From Planctomycetota bacterium (lineage in GTDB: Bacteria; Planctomycetota; B15-G4), in assembly GCA_029259695.1 (NCBI GenBank), contig JAJDEQ010000056.1:30746-94745 (forward strand): a stretch of 64,000 nucleotides of DNA, read 5' to 3'. The position numbers and the translations under genes were made by a program. Positions 44,939-53,823 of this stretch are shown piece by piece (position 1 is the stretch's first letter; every line of letters starts with the position of its first letter). The notes below the pieces were generated by a model. The model had not been told where the DNA came from. It did no database searches and saw nothing but the letters and a program-made list of their open reading frames with translations.

Positions 44939-46759
44939 ATGAAACGGATTCCCCTCTGCCTGTCGTTGGTCGGTGCCCTGTGGGCCGGCAGCACGGCGAT
45001 CGCCGCCGATGGCGACGACTCGGATGCTCCTCGGGTGAAGGTGGTCGAGCTGCGCATCTCCTCGAACGCGGCCGAAGATCCCGCGCCGGCCAACCCGCTG
45101 GGCGGCACCCGCCGCAACTTCCGCAGCAAGCTGGCCCTGCTGCGGCGCATCGCCTCCGACCCCGCCGTGGCCGGCGTCAAGCTGGAAGTGAGCGGGGCCC
45201 CGGACTTCGCCCGGGCGCTCGATCTGCTCGAGCAACTCAACGAGCTCAAGACGGCCGGCAAGAAGATCGTCTGCTACACCGAGCAGCTCACCCAGGGCCA
45301 GCTGCACATGGCCTCGTGCGCCGACCTGCTGGTCGTGCCGCCGTCGGGGATGATCATCCTCGAGGGGCTCGCGGCCGAAGTGATGTACATGAAGGACCTG
45401 CTGGCGAAGCTCGACGTGCGCGTCGAACTGCTCACCATGGGTGACCACAAGACCGCCTACGAGCAGCTCGGGCGCAGCGACATGAGCGCGGCACAGCGCG
45501 TGATGCTCGAGCAGATGCTCGACGAGTACTACGGCCAGATGATCGCCACCATCGCGCGCAACCGCGGGATCGCCCCGGCCGCGGTCGAGGCCTTGTTCGG
45601 TCAGTTGATCGTCGATCCGCAGCTGGCCGCCGAGGGCGGGCTGATCGATGCGGCCGTCTACCACGACGGGTTCGAACAGCGCGTGGAGACGCTCTTCGGC
45701 GGTGAGGTCGAGTACGTCGACGACTACGGCGACGACGAGATGCAGGACATCGAGGCACTCATGAGCAACCCCTTCGCGCTCATGGCCAACCTGGAGTCGA
45801 TCCTCAACCCGCCGCCGCCCAAGGCCCCGGCCGAGCCGCACGTCGCGATCGTGTACTGCAGCGGCGCGATCATCAGCGGCAAGAGCCAGGTGGACATGCA
45901 GGGCAATGTCGCGAGCATGGGCAGCGACACGATCGTGGCCGCGCTCGAGAAGGTCCGCAAGGACGACAACTGCAAGGCCGTCGTGCTGCGCGTGAACAGC
46001 CCGGGCGGCAGCGCCCTGGCGAGCGACATGATCTGGCGCGCGATCGAGCGGGTGCGCGAGAAGAAGCCCGTGATCTCGTCGATGGGCTACGTCGCAGCGT
46101 CCGGTGGTTATTGGATCTCCATGGGCTGCGACGCGATCATGGCCCAGCCCAGCACGATCACCGGGTCGATCGGCGTGGTCTCCATGCTGCCCGACGTGTC
46201 GAGCATGGTGAAGGATCTCGGTATCAACGTGGAGGTCGTCGCCCGCGGACCCATGGGCGACAAGCTGAGCCTGCTGCGCAACGGGCCGTCGGAAGAACTC
46301 AAGCAGATCATGCGCGGCTGGATGGAGAACGTGTACGACGAGTTCATCCACAAGGTCGCCACGGGCCGACGCATGCAGCCCGATGCGGTGCGCGCCATCG
46401 CCGGCGGTCGCGTGTGGACCGGGCGCAAGGCCGAGGAGCTGGGCCTGGTCGACGTGCTGGGCGGCCTGGATGACGCCATCGCCCTGGCCTGCACCATGGG
46501 CGGCAGCCTCGATCCGGAGCAGACGCCGGTGGCCGAGTACCCGCACCCGGCCAACTTCTTCGAGCAGCTCGAAGAGTCGATGAACGAGATGGCGATGGCG
46601 CCCGACATGGCGCTGGGAGACCTGGCGCTGGACGCCATGCTGCGTCGCTTCGGGGTAGAGGCGTACCGCCCGCTGGTCGACGACGTGCTGTCGTCGCCGG
46701 CGCACATGAACGCGTCCCGGGTGCAGTGCATCCTGCCGTGGAGCATTCGCCTGCGCTGA
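44939..46759 (+). CDS. sppA: Signal peptide peptidase SppA, 67K (two-domain) type, 606 aa
   Basis: Signal peptide 'MKRIPLCLSLVGALWAGSTAIAADG'. Duplicated ClpP/crotonase-like halves. C-terminal half carries 'VVLRVNSPGGSALASDMIW' and the catalytic-Ser context 'MGYVAASGGYWIS' ... 'ITGSIGVV'. Confidence 0.85.
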   Translation: MKRIPLCLSLVGALWAGSTAIAADGDDSDAPRVKVVELRISSNAAEDPAPANPLGGTRRNFRSKLALLRRIASDPAVAGVKLEVSGAPDFARALDLLEQLNELKTAGKKIVCYTEQLTQGQLHMASCADLLVVPPSGMIILEGLAAEVMYMKDLLAKLDVRVELLTMGDHKTAYEQLGRSDMSAAQRVMLEQMLDEYYGQMIATIARNRGIAPAAVEALFGQLIVDPQLAAEGGLIDAAVYHDGFEQRVETLFGGEVEYVDDYGDDEMQDIEALMSNPFALMANLESILNPPPPKAPAEPHVAIVYCSGAIISGKSQVDMQGNVASMGSDTIVAALEKVRKDDNCKAVVLRVNSPGGSALASDMIWRAIERVREKKPVISSMGYVAASGGYWISMGCDAIMAQPSTITGSIGVVSMLPDVSSMVKDLGINVEVVARGPMGDKLSLLRNGPSEELKQIMRGWMENVYDEFIHKVATGRRMQPDAVRAIAGGRVWTGRKAEELGLVDVLGGLDDAIALACTMGGSLDPEQTPVAEYPHPANFFEQLEESMNEMAMAPDMALGDLALDAMLRRFGVEAYRPLVDDVLSSPAHMNASRVQCILPWSIRLR

Positions 46760-46797
46760 TCGGACGGGAGGGGACGTGGGGCGCCGCCGTGGCCGGC

Positions 46798-47589
46798 TCA
46801 GCCGGTGGTTCGTCGCAGCGTGAGTCGCATCCCCGTCGTGCCCGTGTTCTCGAGCGTGTGCTTCGCGCCCAGCAGGGCGGCGTGATCGTGCAGGATCTCG
46901 TGCGCCAGCGCGTTCCCTCCGGGGAGCGGGCCGGCGCGCTCGTCCTCCAACACGAGTTCCAGGCGGCCGGGGCCGGCGCTGAGTTCGAGGCGCACGAGCT
47001 CGGCGGCCGTTCCGCGCGAGACGGCCTCGAGCGCCTCCTGGGCCAGACGCGTGACGCTCAGCTTCTCGGTGGCCGGGGTGCCTTCGGCGAGGTCCAGTGC
47101 CGGCTCCACGCGCACTCCCGCCGAGCGCTCGAAGTCGCCCACGACGCCCTCGACCGCATCGACGAAGGAGCGCTCCTCCACCGCCGGGGCACGCAGCCGT
47201 GACGAGAGACTGCGCACCTGGTCGACGACGGTCTGGCAGTGCGGCAGGGTCTCTTGGATCACCTGCCGCCGGGCGGCGTCGTCGTCGAGGCGTGCGGCCC
47301 GCTGGAGCATCAGGAAGACGGCCGTGAGCGACTGACCCAGTTCGTCGTGGAGCTCGAGCGACAGGCGTCGCCGCTCGTGCTCCAGGGTGCGCTCGGCCGC
47401 GGCCACGAGCGCGCGTCGTTGCGCGGCGTCCCGCGCCGCGCGACGTCGCTGTCGCACGGCCAGCACGACCGTCGAGCTGACGCCGACGGCGGCGAGACCG
47501 ATGAGGGCCAGTTGCAGGCCTGTAGTCGGCGCCAGGAGCACGGCCGCATGATGGCAAACCCGGGCGGCGTGTTCGCCTGTGCGGTGCAC
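46798..47589 (-). CDS. Small membrane-anchored HisKA_3-type sensor histidine kinase with degenerate ATPase domain, 263 aa
   Basis: TM segment 'LQLALIGLAAVGVSSTVVLAV'. H-box 'LSLELHDELGQSLTAV'. The N-box-like region 'RLAQEALEAVSRG' lacks the usual Asn/His. No response regulator gene is adjacent. Confidence 0.6.
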   Translation of the reverse strand: MHRTGEHAARVCHHAAVLLAPTTGLQLALIGLAAVGVSSTVVLAVRQRRRAARDAAQRRALVAAAERTLEHERRRLSLELHDELGQSLTAVFLMLQRAARLDDDAARRQVIQETLPHCQTVVDQVRSLSSRLRAPAVEERSFVDAVEGVVGDFERSAGVRVEPALDLAEGTPATEKLSVTRLAQEALEAVSRGTAAELVRLELSAGPGRLELVLEDERAGPLPGGNALAHEILHDHAALLGAKHTLENTGTTGMRLTLRRTTG

Positions 47590-47613
47590 GCGGCGTCGGG
47601 CCCTTCGTCGCGC

Positions 47614-48933
47614 TCAGGTGGGTTGGGCGAGCAGCTTCCGCAGATTGGATGCGTAGTGCCGCTGGGGGATGCCGCCCAGGGCGTCCCGGTAACCGGTGCC
47701 GTCCTTGATCACTTCCACCAGCGCGTCCTGGTCCAGCAGTCCGGGCTGGTCCACCACGTCGCCGCGGCACACCAGCAGGTCGGCTCGCTGCCCCGGCGCC
47801 AGCGTGCCCGCGTCGTCCTGGCCGATCTCCCGGGCTGCCAGCCCGGTGCCCGCGTACCACGCCGCCAGCGGCGACAGCCCCTCGTGGATCAACGCCACGA
47901 GTTCCATGTAGTTGCGTCCGTGCATCCCCGGCAGCACCGGGTCGGTGCCCGCCAGGACCTTGAGGCCCCCCTGGTGCGCGTGCGCCGTGGCGCGCGCGTG
48001 GGCCTCGCCCACCCGACGTACCTTCTCCATCACGAAGTCGCTCAGCCCGTCCGCGGTCTGCAGCGCTTCCATGATCCAGGAGGTGGGGGTGACGGTGCAG
48101 CCCTTCTCGTGGGCCTTCTCCACCAGCTCCTCGTTCATGAAGGAGATGTGCTGGATGTCGTGCACGCCGTGCTCGATGGCGAGCGCGATGCCGCCCTGGC
48201 TGTGCGCGTGGGCGGCGACGCGCAGGCCGCGACCCGCCGCCTCGTCGCAGATGGCCTCGATCTCGGGCGGCGTGAACTCGCGGTGCTCGAGGTGATCGGA
48301 GGGGGAGGCCACGCCGGGGCTGCTGCAGATCTTGATCACGTCCGCGCCGCAGGCGGCGATCTCGCGCACGCGTTGACGACACTCCCAGGGACCGTCGACG
48401 ATGCTCGACGGTCGTCCGGGCGCCTGAGGCCAGAGCTTGCTGAGTTCGCCGTGGCAGCGGTCCGGGCCGCGGAAGTCGGCGTGACCGCCGGTGGTCGACA
48501 ACATGCAGATGGCGATCTTGAGCCGGGGTCCCACCATGACGTCCTGGTCGACGAGGCGCTTCATCAGGTCGGTGGCGCCGCCGATGTCGCGCATCGTGGT
48601 GACGCCGCCGTCGACCAGCGTCGTGTGCAGGATCTTCTCGACCCACACGAGCGCGGCATCGGTGTGCATCAGCTCCATCTCGTCGCGACGCAGGCCGAGC
48701 ACGGTGATGTGGCCGTGGCAGTCCACCAGACCCGGTGTGACGGTGTACTCCGAACAGTCCACCGCCCGGTCGCCGGCCCGCTGGGCCCGGGCCGCGTCAT
48801 GGGCTTCGATGGCTGCGATGCGGGTGCCGTCGAGCAGCACGTCGACGTCGGTGTGGAGGGCGCTCTCGGTCGGACCCGTTCCGTCGTAGAGGCGCTGGAC
48901 GTTGGCGAGGATCAGCGGTTCTTGCTTGGGCAT
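47614..48933 (-). CDS. Metal-dependent amidohydrolase family protein, 439 aa
   Basis: 'VTPGLVDCHGHI' (HxH metal motif), 'AAHAHS', 'HDIQH', 'AGTDP' (conserved Asp). Typical amidohydrolase_1 / imidazolonepropionase-like layout. Confidence 0.8.
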   Translation of the reverse strand: MPKQEPLILANVQRLYDGTGPTESALHTDVDVLLDGTRIAAIEAHDAARAQRAGDRAVDCSEYTVTPGLVDCHGHITVLGLRRDEMELMHTDAALVWVEKILHTTLVDGGVTTMRDIGGATDLMKRLVDQDVMVGPRLKIAICMLSTTGGHADFRGPDRCHGELSKLWPQAPGRPSSIVDGPWECRQRVREIAACGADVIKICSSPGVASPSDHLEHREFTPPEIEAICDEAAGRGLRVAAHAHSQGGIALAIEHGVHDIQHISFMNEELVEKAHEKGCTVTPTSWIMEALQTADGLSDFVMEKVRRVGEAHARATAHAHQGGLKVLAGTDPVLPGMHGRNYMELVALIHEGLSPLAAWYAGTGLAAREIGQDDAGTLAPGQRADLLVCRGDVVDQPGLLDQDALVEVIKDGTGYRDALGGIPQRHYASNLRKLLAQPT

Positions 48934-49038
48934 GGGCGGAGTGTAGCGAAGCCCGTGCTGCGGTGGGCGCGGTGGGCGCGGCGGACCGGCGACCGGTCGC
49001 GCTCTCGGCGCGCCGGCACGGGAGCTCCCGCGGAACGA

Positions 49039-49077
49039 AGGAAGGCGAGCCTGCGCTGGGCGCGGGCTCGCCTTCCT
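49039..49077 (-). terminator. Candidate intrinsic terminator hairpin downstream of the Rad50/YhaN-like gene
   Basis: A perfect 13-bp stem (49039-49051 aggaaggcgagcc pairs with 49065-49077 ggctcgccttcct) with a 13-nt loop, 38 nt past the stop at 49115. On the - strand it is followed by TCGTTCC, only a weak T-tract. Confidence 0.45.
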
Positions 49078-49114
49078 CGTGGGGGGGCGCGCTGGTCTGG
49101 GTTCGCGATCCCGG

Positions 49115-52100
49115 TCAGGTGCCGGCGGTCACCTGGTTGGTGGAGGTCGTCGTCTGGGGCACCGGACGCGGCGGGTGCACCAGGCGTGCACCGGCCTGTT
49201 CGCTCAGCATCAGTGCGACCTCCGGGTCAGAGGTGAACACGACGAGCTGCCGCTGTTCGCTGAGCTGCTCCATCAACGCGAGGCTCTGCTGCAGGCGCTC
49301 GCTGTCCCAGCGCACGAAGACCTCGTCGAGCAGCAACGGCATGGCTTCGTCGCCTTCCATCTCCTCGGCCAGGGCCATGCGCAGCGCCAGGTGGATCTGG
49401 TCGCGGGTCGCGTGGCTGAGCGGGTGGGCCAGGGGCCGCGGGTAGGGGTCGTCGGCGGACTTCGCCATGAGCGTCCAGCGCCCGTTGCGCTGCTCGGCCG
49501 TGATGCGTTCGTAGCGACCGCCGGTGATGGAGTGCAGGTGACGGGACGCGGTGGCCAGCACCTCGGGCTGGTGACGTTCGCGCCAGCGCTGGGCCGCCTC
49601 GCCCACGACGGCCGAGGCCAGCGCCAGGCGGTCGCGTTGACGCAGCATGTGGCGCTGACGTTCGTGCAGGGCCTCGATCGCACCGTCGATGTCCGACAGA
49701 CCGGCGTCGTCCATGAGCCGGTTCTGCTCCTCGCGGAGCCGACCCTTCTCCTCGGCGAGTCCGGCCAGCGTCTGCTGGAGCTGGTCGATCTGCTGGCGCA
49801 GGTCCACCTTGTCTTCCGTCGGCAGATCGAGGTCCAGCCCCTCGCTGCGCGCGAGCCGCGCTTCGGCGCCGCGCTCGGACCAGTCGGGCCAGGTCTCGTG
49901 CAGGCTGGCCTCGAGCGTCTCGGCCTGGGTGCGCCAGGTGCGCGCCCGTTCCAGGAGCTTGAGGCCTTCGCGAGCGTCCTGTTCCTTGATGTCCACCGCG
50001 GCCAGTCGCGCCGTGAGCGTCTCGAGATCACGGCGGTCGGCGGTCAGCTTCTTCTCGGTCTCGGTGCGACGACTGCGCAGCTTGGGCAGCTGGCGTTCGG
50101 CGTCTTCCGAGCGCCGGCGGGCCATGAGTGCCTGGTGCAGGCGGTCCTGCCACAGCGGCACCGAGTCCATGGGCTGGGTCTGCGGGACCATGTCGAGCAA
50201 CTCGGCGAGGTGATTCGCGCGCGACTCGCGCTCCTCGGCCCGGCCGGCGATGGCGCCGCGCTCACCCTGCATGCGGGCGATGTCGCGCAGCGTGTTGCGC
50301 ATGCTCTCGATGTCGGCCACGAGGTCGTAGCCCGGGTTCTCCAGGCGCTTCTCGGACAGCCCCGCGTCGGAGAGGTATTCGGCGATGGACTGACGAGCGC
50401 GCTCGAGGTCCTTGCCCGCACTCTCCTGGCGGTCGAGGGCTTCCTTCTCCCGACGACGGGCGTTGACCAGGCGTCGTTCGAGGGTGGGCCGGGCGGCCGA
50501 CACCGTGAGGATCTGGTGCGCGTCCTTGAGGTGCGGCTCCACGGCCTCGTACTCGTGCAGGTCGAGTTCCTTGCGCAGCTTGCTGCACTCGCGCGTGAGG
50601 ATCTTGAAGCGGGCCTCGTCCGGGCCGGGGGCGTCGTTGCCCTTGCGGCGCAGGACGACGATGCCGCCCGCGGTCAGCATGACCGCCAGCGTGCCCAGCA
50701 GACCCGACTCGGTCGTGCCGCCGCCCATGATCACGAAGCCGAGCAGCAGTCCCAGGCCCAGCAGCCCGAGGCCGATCAGCTTCTTGTCCTTGTCGAGCTC
50801 GACCGACACGGGTTCCGCCGTGCCCTCGAGTTCCTGCTTCATCACGGCGAGGACGGCCTCACGCGACTGGAGCGTCTGCAGCGACTCGGCACGCTTCTGC
50901 AGCATGCGCTCGTCGTCGGCGGGGGGCAGCTCCTCCAGGTCGTGCTGCGCGACCGAGACGGCCTCGCGGGCACGGTTGACCAGGTCGCCGGTGAGTTCGG
51001 GGCTGCGCTTGGCCTCCTCGAAGTCCTTCACGCGGCTCTGGAGTTCGTTGAGGTTGAGACGCGAGAGGCTCTCGCGCACGCCCTCGTCGATCTTGCCCGA
51101 GAGCACCACGCTGGCGCGCTCGGCGAGCAGCGCCTCGTTGGCGTCGCGTGTGCGGTCGAGGTCGTTCAGGTGCACCTTGTCCTGGTGGTGCACGGCGGCG
51201 TCGTTCACCAGCGTGCGCACCTCGTCCTCGACCTGCAGGATGTCCTTCTCGTCCTGGGTCAGCTGGCCGTGCTGCTCGTGGTGCTCGATGTCGTTCTCGA
51301 GCCGGTCGACCTCCTTGGTGTGCTCCTCGATGCGGTTGTCGAGGCGGTCGAGCATGCGCCGGGGGTCGTCGGGGAAGTCGTCGGTGGGCAGGCGCTCGTC
51401 GGCGCGCGCGCGCAGCTCGTCGATCTCCTCGATCGTGCGCAGGACGGGCAGGAGCGTCTCGGAGCGTTCGAGCCGGCTCTGCATCTCGTGCAGCTGCTCG
51501 GTGACCTGGGACATCTTCCAGCCCTGGCCCGAGATCAGCGTGCGCAGCTCGAGCGCGCGCTGGGAGCGCTCGGCTGCCTGCTCGCGTTGGCGGTGAAGCA
51601 GGCGCAACTCCGCGGCGACGCGCCGGTGCGTGGTGCCGCTGTCGTTGCTGGCCTGCCAGATGGACGCCGCGGCCTCGTCGAGCTGCTCGCGCGCTTCGCC
51701 CGCCGAGTTCAGGAACGGGAACGAGCTGCCGGCGAGCAGGCGTTCCTCGAGTTGCTTCCAGACGTCTCCACCGAACTTCTGCAGCTCGTCGAGGCTGACC
51801 GCGTGGAGTGCCGAGTACATCTCACGGGAGAGCGGACCGGTCCACGGCAGGGGGCGGTTGCCGAGGGCCTGTTCGCCCTCGTCGCTCACCAGCGTGCCCT
51901 CGGGACCGCTGCCCAGGCGACGGGTGATGCTCGCGCGCGATCCGTTGGACAGCACCAGGCCGGCGCTGCCCTCGGCCGACGCACCGTTCCAGGGCGCGTA
52001 CGGGTGGCTCTGACCGCGGGCGGGCCGGAAGCCGTAGAGCATCGTCACGAAGAACTGCATGAGCGTCGACTTGCCGCTCTCGTTGTCTCCTTGCACGACG

Positions 52101-52183
52101 ATCAGCGGGTGGTTGGCCAGTCCCTCGACCGTGAAGTCGGAGAGGGCGCCGAAGGCGCGGATGTCCCAGCTGTCGAGTCTCAT
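49115..52183 (-). CDS. Rad50/SbcC-like ATPase of the YhaN/AAA_27 type with central transmembrane hairpin, 1022 aa
   Basis: ATG 52183 'MRLDSWDIRAFGA'. Walker A 'GDNESGKST'. Long coiled-coil arms. Two adjacent hydrophobic helices 'LIGLGLLGLGLLLGFVIMGGG' and 'GLLGTLAVMLTAGGIVVL' (DNA ~50650-50786). Signature-like 'LSHATRDQ'. Walker B 'PLLLDEVF'. The start overlaps the upstream stop (ATGA, 52180-52183). Confidence 0.8.
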   Translation of the reverse strand: MRLDSWDIRAFGALSDFTVEGLANHPLIVVQGDNESGKSTLMQFFVTMLYGFRPARGQSHPYAPWNGASAEGSAGLVLSNGSRASITRRLGSGPEGTLVSDEGEQALGNRPLPWTGPLSREMYSALHAVSLDELQKFGGDVWKQLEERLLAGSSFPFLNSAGEAREQLDEAAASIWQASNDSGTTHRRVAAELRLLHRQREQAAERSQRALELRTLISGQGWKMSQVTEQLHEMQSRLERSETLLPVLRTIEEIDELRARADERLPTDDFPDDPRRMLDRLDNRIEEHTKEVDRLENDIEHHEQHGQLTQDEKDILQVEDEVRTLVNDAAVHHQDKVHLNDLDRTRDANEALLAERASVVLSGKIDEGVRESLSRLNLNELQSRVKDFEEAKRSPELTGDLVNRAREAVSVAQHDLEELPPADDERMLQKRAESLQTLQSREAVLAVMKQELEGTAEPVSVELDKDKKLIGLGLLGLGLLLGFVIMGGGTTESGLLGTLAVMLTAGGIVVLRRKGNDAPGPDEARFKILTRECSKLRKELDLHEYEAVEPHLKDAHQILTVSAARPTLERRLVNARRREKEALDRQESAGKDLERARQSIAEYLSDAGLSEKRLENPGYDLVADIESMRNTLRDIARMQGERGAIAGRAEERESRANHLAELLDMVPQTQPMDSVPLWQDRLHQALMARRRSEDAERQLPKLRSRRTETEKKLTADRRDLETLTARLAAVDIKEQDAREGLKLLERARTWRTQAETLEASLHETWPDWSERGAEARLARSEGLDLDLPTEDKVDLRQQIDQLQQTLAGLAEEKGRLREEQNRLMDDAGLSDIDGAIEALHERQRHMLRQRDRLALASAVVGEAAQRWRERHQPEVLATASRHLHSITGGRYERITAEQRNGRWTLMAKSADDPYPRPLAHPLSHATRDQIHLALRMALAEEMEGDEAMPLLLDEVFVRWDSERLQQSLALMEQLSEQRQLVVFTSDPEVALMLSEQAGARLVHPPRPVPQTTTSTNQVTAGT

Positions 52184-53445
52184 CGGTGGTTCTCGCGGAG
52201 GAGTGCCTGGGCGGTCAGTCGGTCGGTGTCCTGCAGCAGGGCGCGCAGGTAGGCGTGGCGCTCGTCGGGCTGCCCGGTGGGGCAACCGGCCAGCGATTCG
52301 GGGGCGAGGTTCGCCAGCAGGTCGTTGTCGGTCGCGGCCTCGTCGAGGATCTCGAGGGCCAGGCCCAGCGCGTGCGGCTGGCCGATGTGTTCGGCCAGGT
52401 CGACGGGGCGCGTGAGCTCGTCGTGCATGATCTCGACCGCCAGCAGTTCGTCGTCGGCGGCATCGAGCTGCTGCGCGAGATCCTGGATGGCGTCTTCGTC
52501 GGCCAGCGCCGCGGTGGCGGGGCACTCCCCGCGCAGCGCGACGCGCAACATCCAGTGCTGGTCGGCGCGCGCGTCGAGGCCGGCGCGCAGGCCGGCCCAC
52601 GCGTCGGCGATGACGCCGGCGAGTTCGGCCGGGTCGGCGACGGTCTGGAGCTCGTCGAGTTCGAGCGTCTCCCAGCGCACGCGCGCCAGGGGCTTGAAGC
52701 TCACCTGCGGCATGCCGGAGGCCGGCAGCTCGACCAGCAGCGCACCCATGGCGCCGCACTCACCGAAGTTGTGGCTCAGCAGCGAACCCGGGTAGTGGGC
52801 CGCCGGGCGATCGAGGACCTGCTGGCGGCGGTGCACGTGGCCCAGCGCCCAGTAGCGGTAACCCTTGTCGGCCAACTGGTCGGTGCGGCAGCCGGCGACC
52901 GTGTCGTGCTCCTGCGCGCCGAGGGCGTCGGTGACCGTCGCGTGCAACATGGCCACGGCCGGCTCGGGGCCGCTGGGGTGGGGGAAGGCCGACACGAGGT
53001 TCTCGCGGTCGTGGGCGCCGGTGAGGCCCGCGCCGACGACGCGCGCCAGGGGGGCGCCGTCCTCGCCGTGGATCACGACTTCGCGGGGCTCGTGGGAGCC
53101 GATCCAGTGGAAGCGCTCGGGCCAGGCCATGGTCGCGGCGCGCAGGCCGGGTGCGCCGGGGTCCTCGTTGCCGCTGCAGGCGACGACGGTGATACCCGCG
53201 TTCGTCAGCCGCTCGAGTTGCGCCAGCATGAACTCCTCGGTGCGCAGGGCGAGGCGCTCGCCGTCGAACAGGTCGCCGGCCACGAGCAGCGCGTGCACCT
53301 GCTCGCTGATGCACAGGTCGACCAGGTCGGAGAAGGTGTCGCGCGCGGAGTTGGCGAGCTGCTGGCGGGCACTTCGACTGGTGGTGCGGAACGGCTTGTC
53401 GAAGTGCACGTCGGCACAGTGGACGAATCGGAACATCGCGGTCAT
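52180..53445 (-). CDS. SbcD/Mre11-like (YhaO-like) metallophosphoesterase, 421 aa
   Basis: 'FRFVHCADVHFD' (motif I), 'LLVAGDLFD' (motif II), 'ACSGNEDP' (motif III, with E where GNHD usually has H), 'AMLHATV', 'WALGHVH'. Translationally coupled to the ATPase gene. Confidence 0.8.
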   Translation of the reverse strand: MTAMFRFVHCADVHFDKPFRTTSRSARQQLANSARDTFSDLVDLCISEQVHALLVAGDLFDGERLALRTEEFMLAQLERLTNAGITVVACSGNEDPGAPGLRAATMAWPERFHWIGSHEPREVVIHGEDGAPLARVVGAGLTGAHDRENLVSAFPHPSGPEPAVAMLHATVTDALGAQEHDTVAGCRTDQLADKGYRYWALGHVHRRQQVLDRPAAHYPGSLLSHNFGECGAMGALLVELPASGMPQVSFKPLARVRWETLELDELQTVADPAELAGVIADAWAGLRAGLDARADQHWMLRVALRGECPATAALADEDAIQDLAQQLDAADDELLAVEIMHDELTRPVDLAEHIGQPHALGLALEILDEAATDNDLLANLAPESLAGCPTGQPDERHAYLRALLQDTDRLTAQALLRENHR

Positions 53446-53823
53446 GGCGGAGCCCAGGGGTGTCGCGTGGTGGCGGTGTCCGCATACCCACCCCGGCCCC
53501 ACGGGTGGTTCCGTGTGGCAGGCGGTGACGGACGATCGTCAGTTCCTATCGGCTCGGGGTGGGACACGGCTTGATGCGGGCCTCTCCGCGCTGCAGCGGA
53601 AGCTCCGCCGGGACCCGGCGGCCTGGCCCGGCGGCCTGGCCCGGCGGGTGCTCGCGGGACGAAAGGGGGGGCCTGGTCCGTCGAAGGGCTGGCAAGGCCC
53701 CGGGACCGGCCGGTCGTCGCCGCCGGGCTACAATGCAGCCCTTCACAGCCCGCTGGATCCGGGCCTCCTGGCTGTCCTCAGGGGGGTGCCGGGCCTCGCT
53801 GGTGCCCTGTCTCGGAGAGCAGC

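Noticed and set aside
44591-48646. A 1351-aa ORF on the - strand spanning sppA, the histidine kinase and the amidohydrolase
   Set aside because: It runs antisense to sppA and out of frame through two real - strand genes. The translation is R/P/G-rich with no domain signatures.
49115-53445. The SbcD-like plus SMC-like ATPase pair as a named anti-phage system (for example Lamassu- or Gabija-like)
   Set aside because: The architecture (Mre11-type phosphoesterase coupled to a ~1000-aa AAA_27/YhaN-like ATPase) matches the widespread YhaO/YhaN-type pair rather than any named defence system I can recall. No dedicated effector gene is attached. It is kept only as an architectural curiosity.
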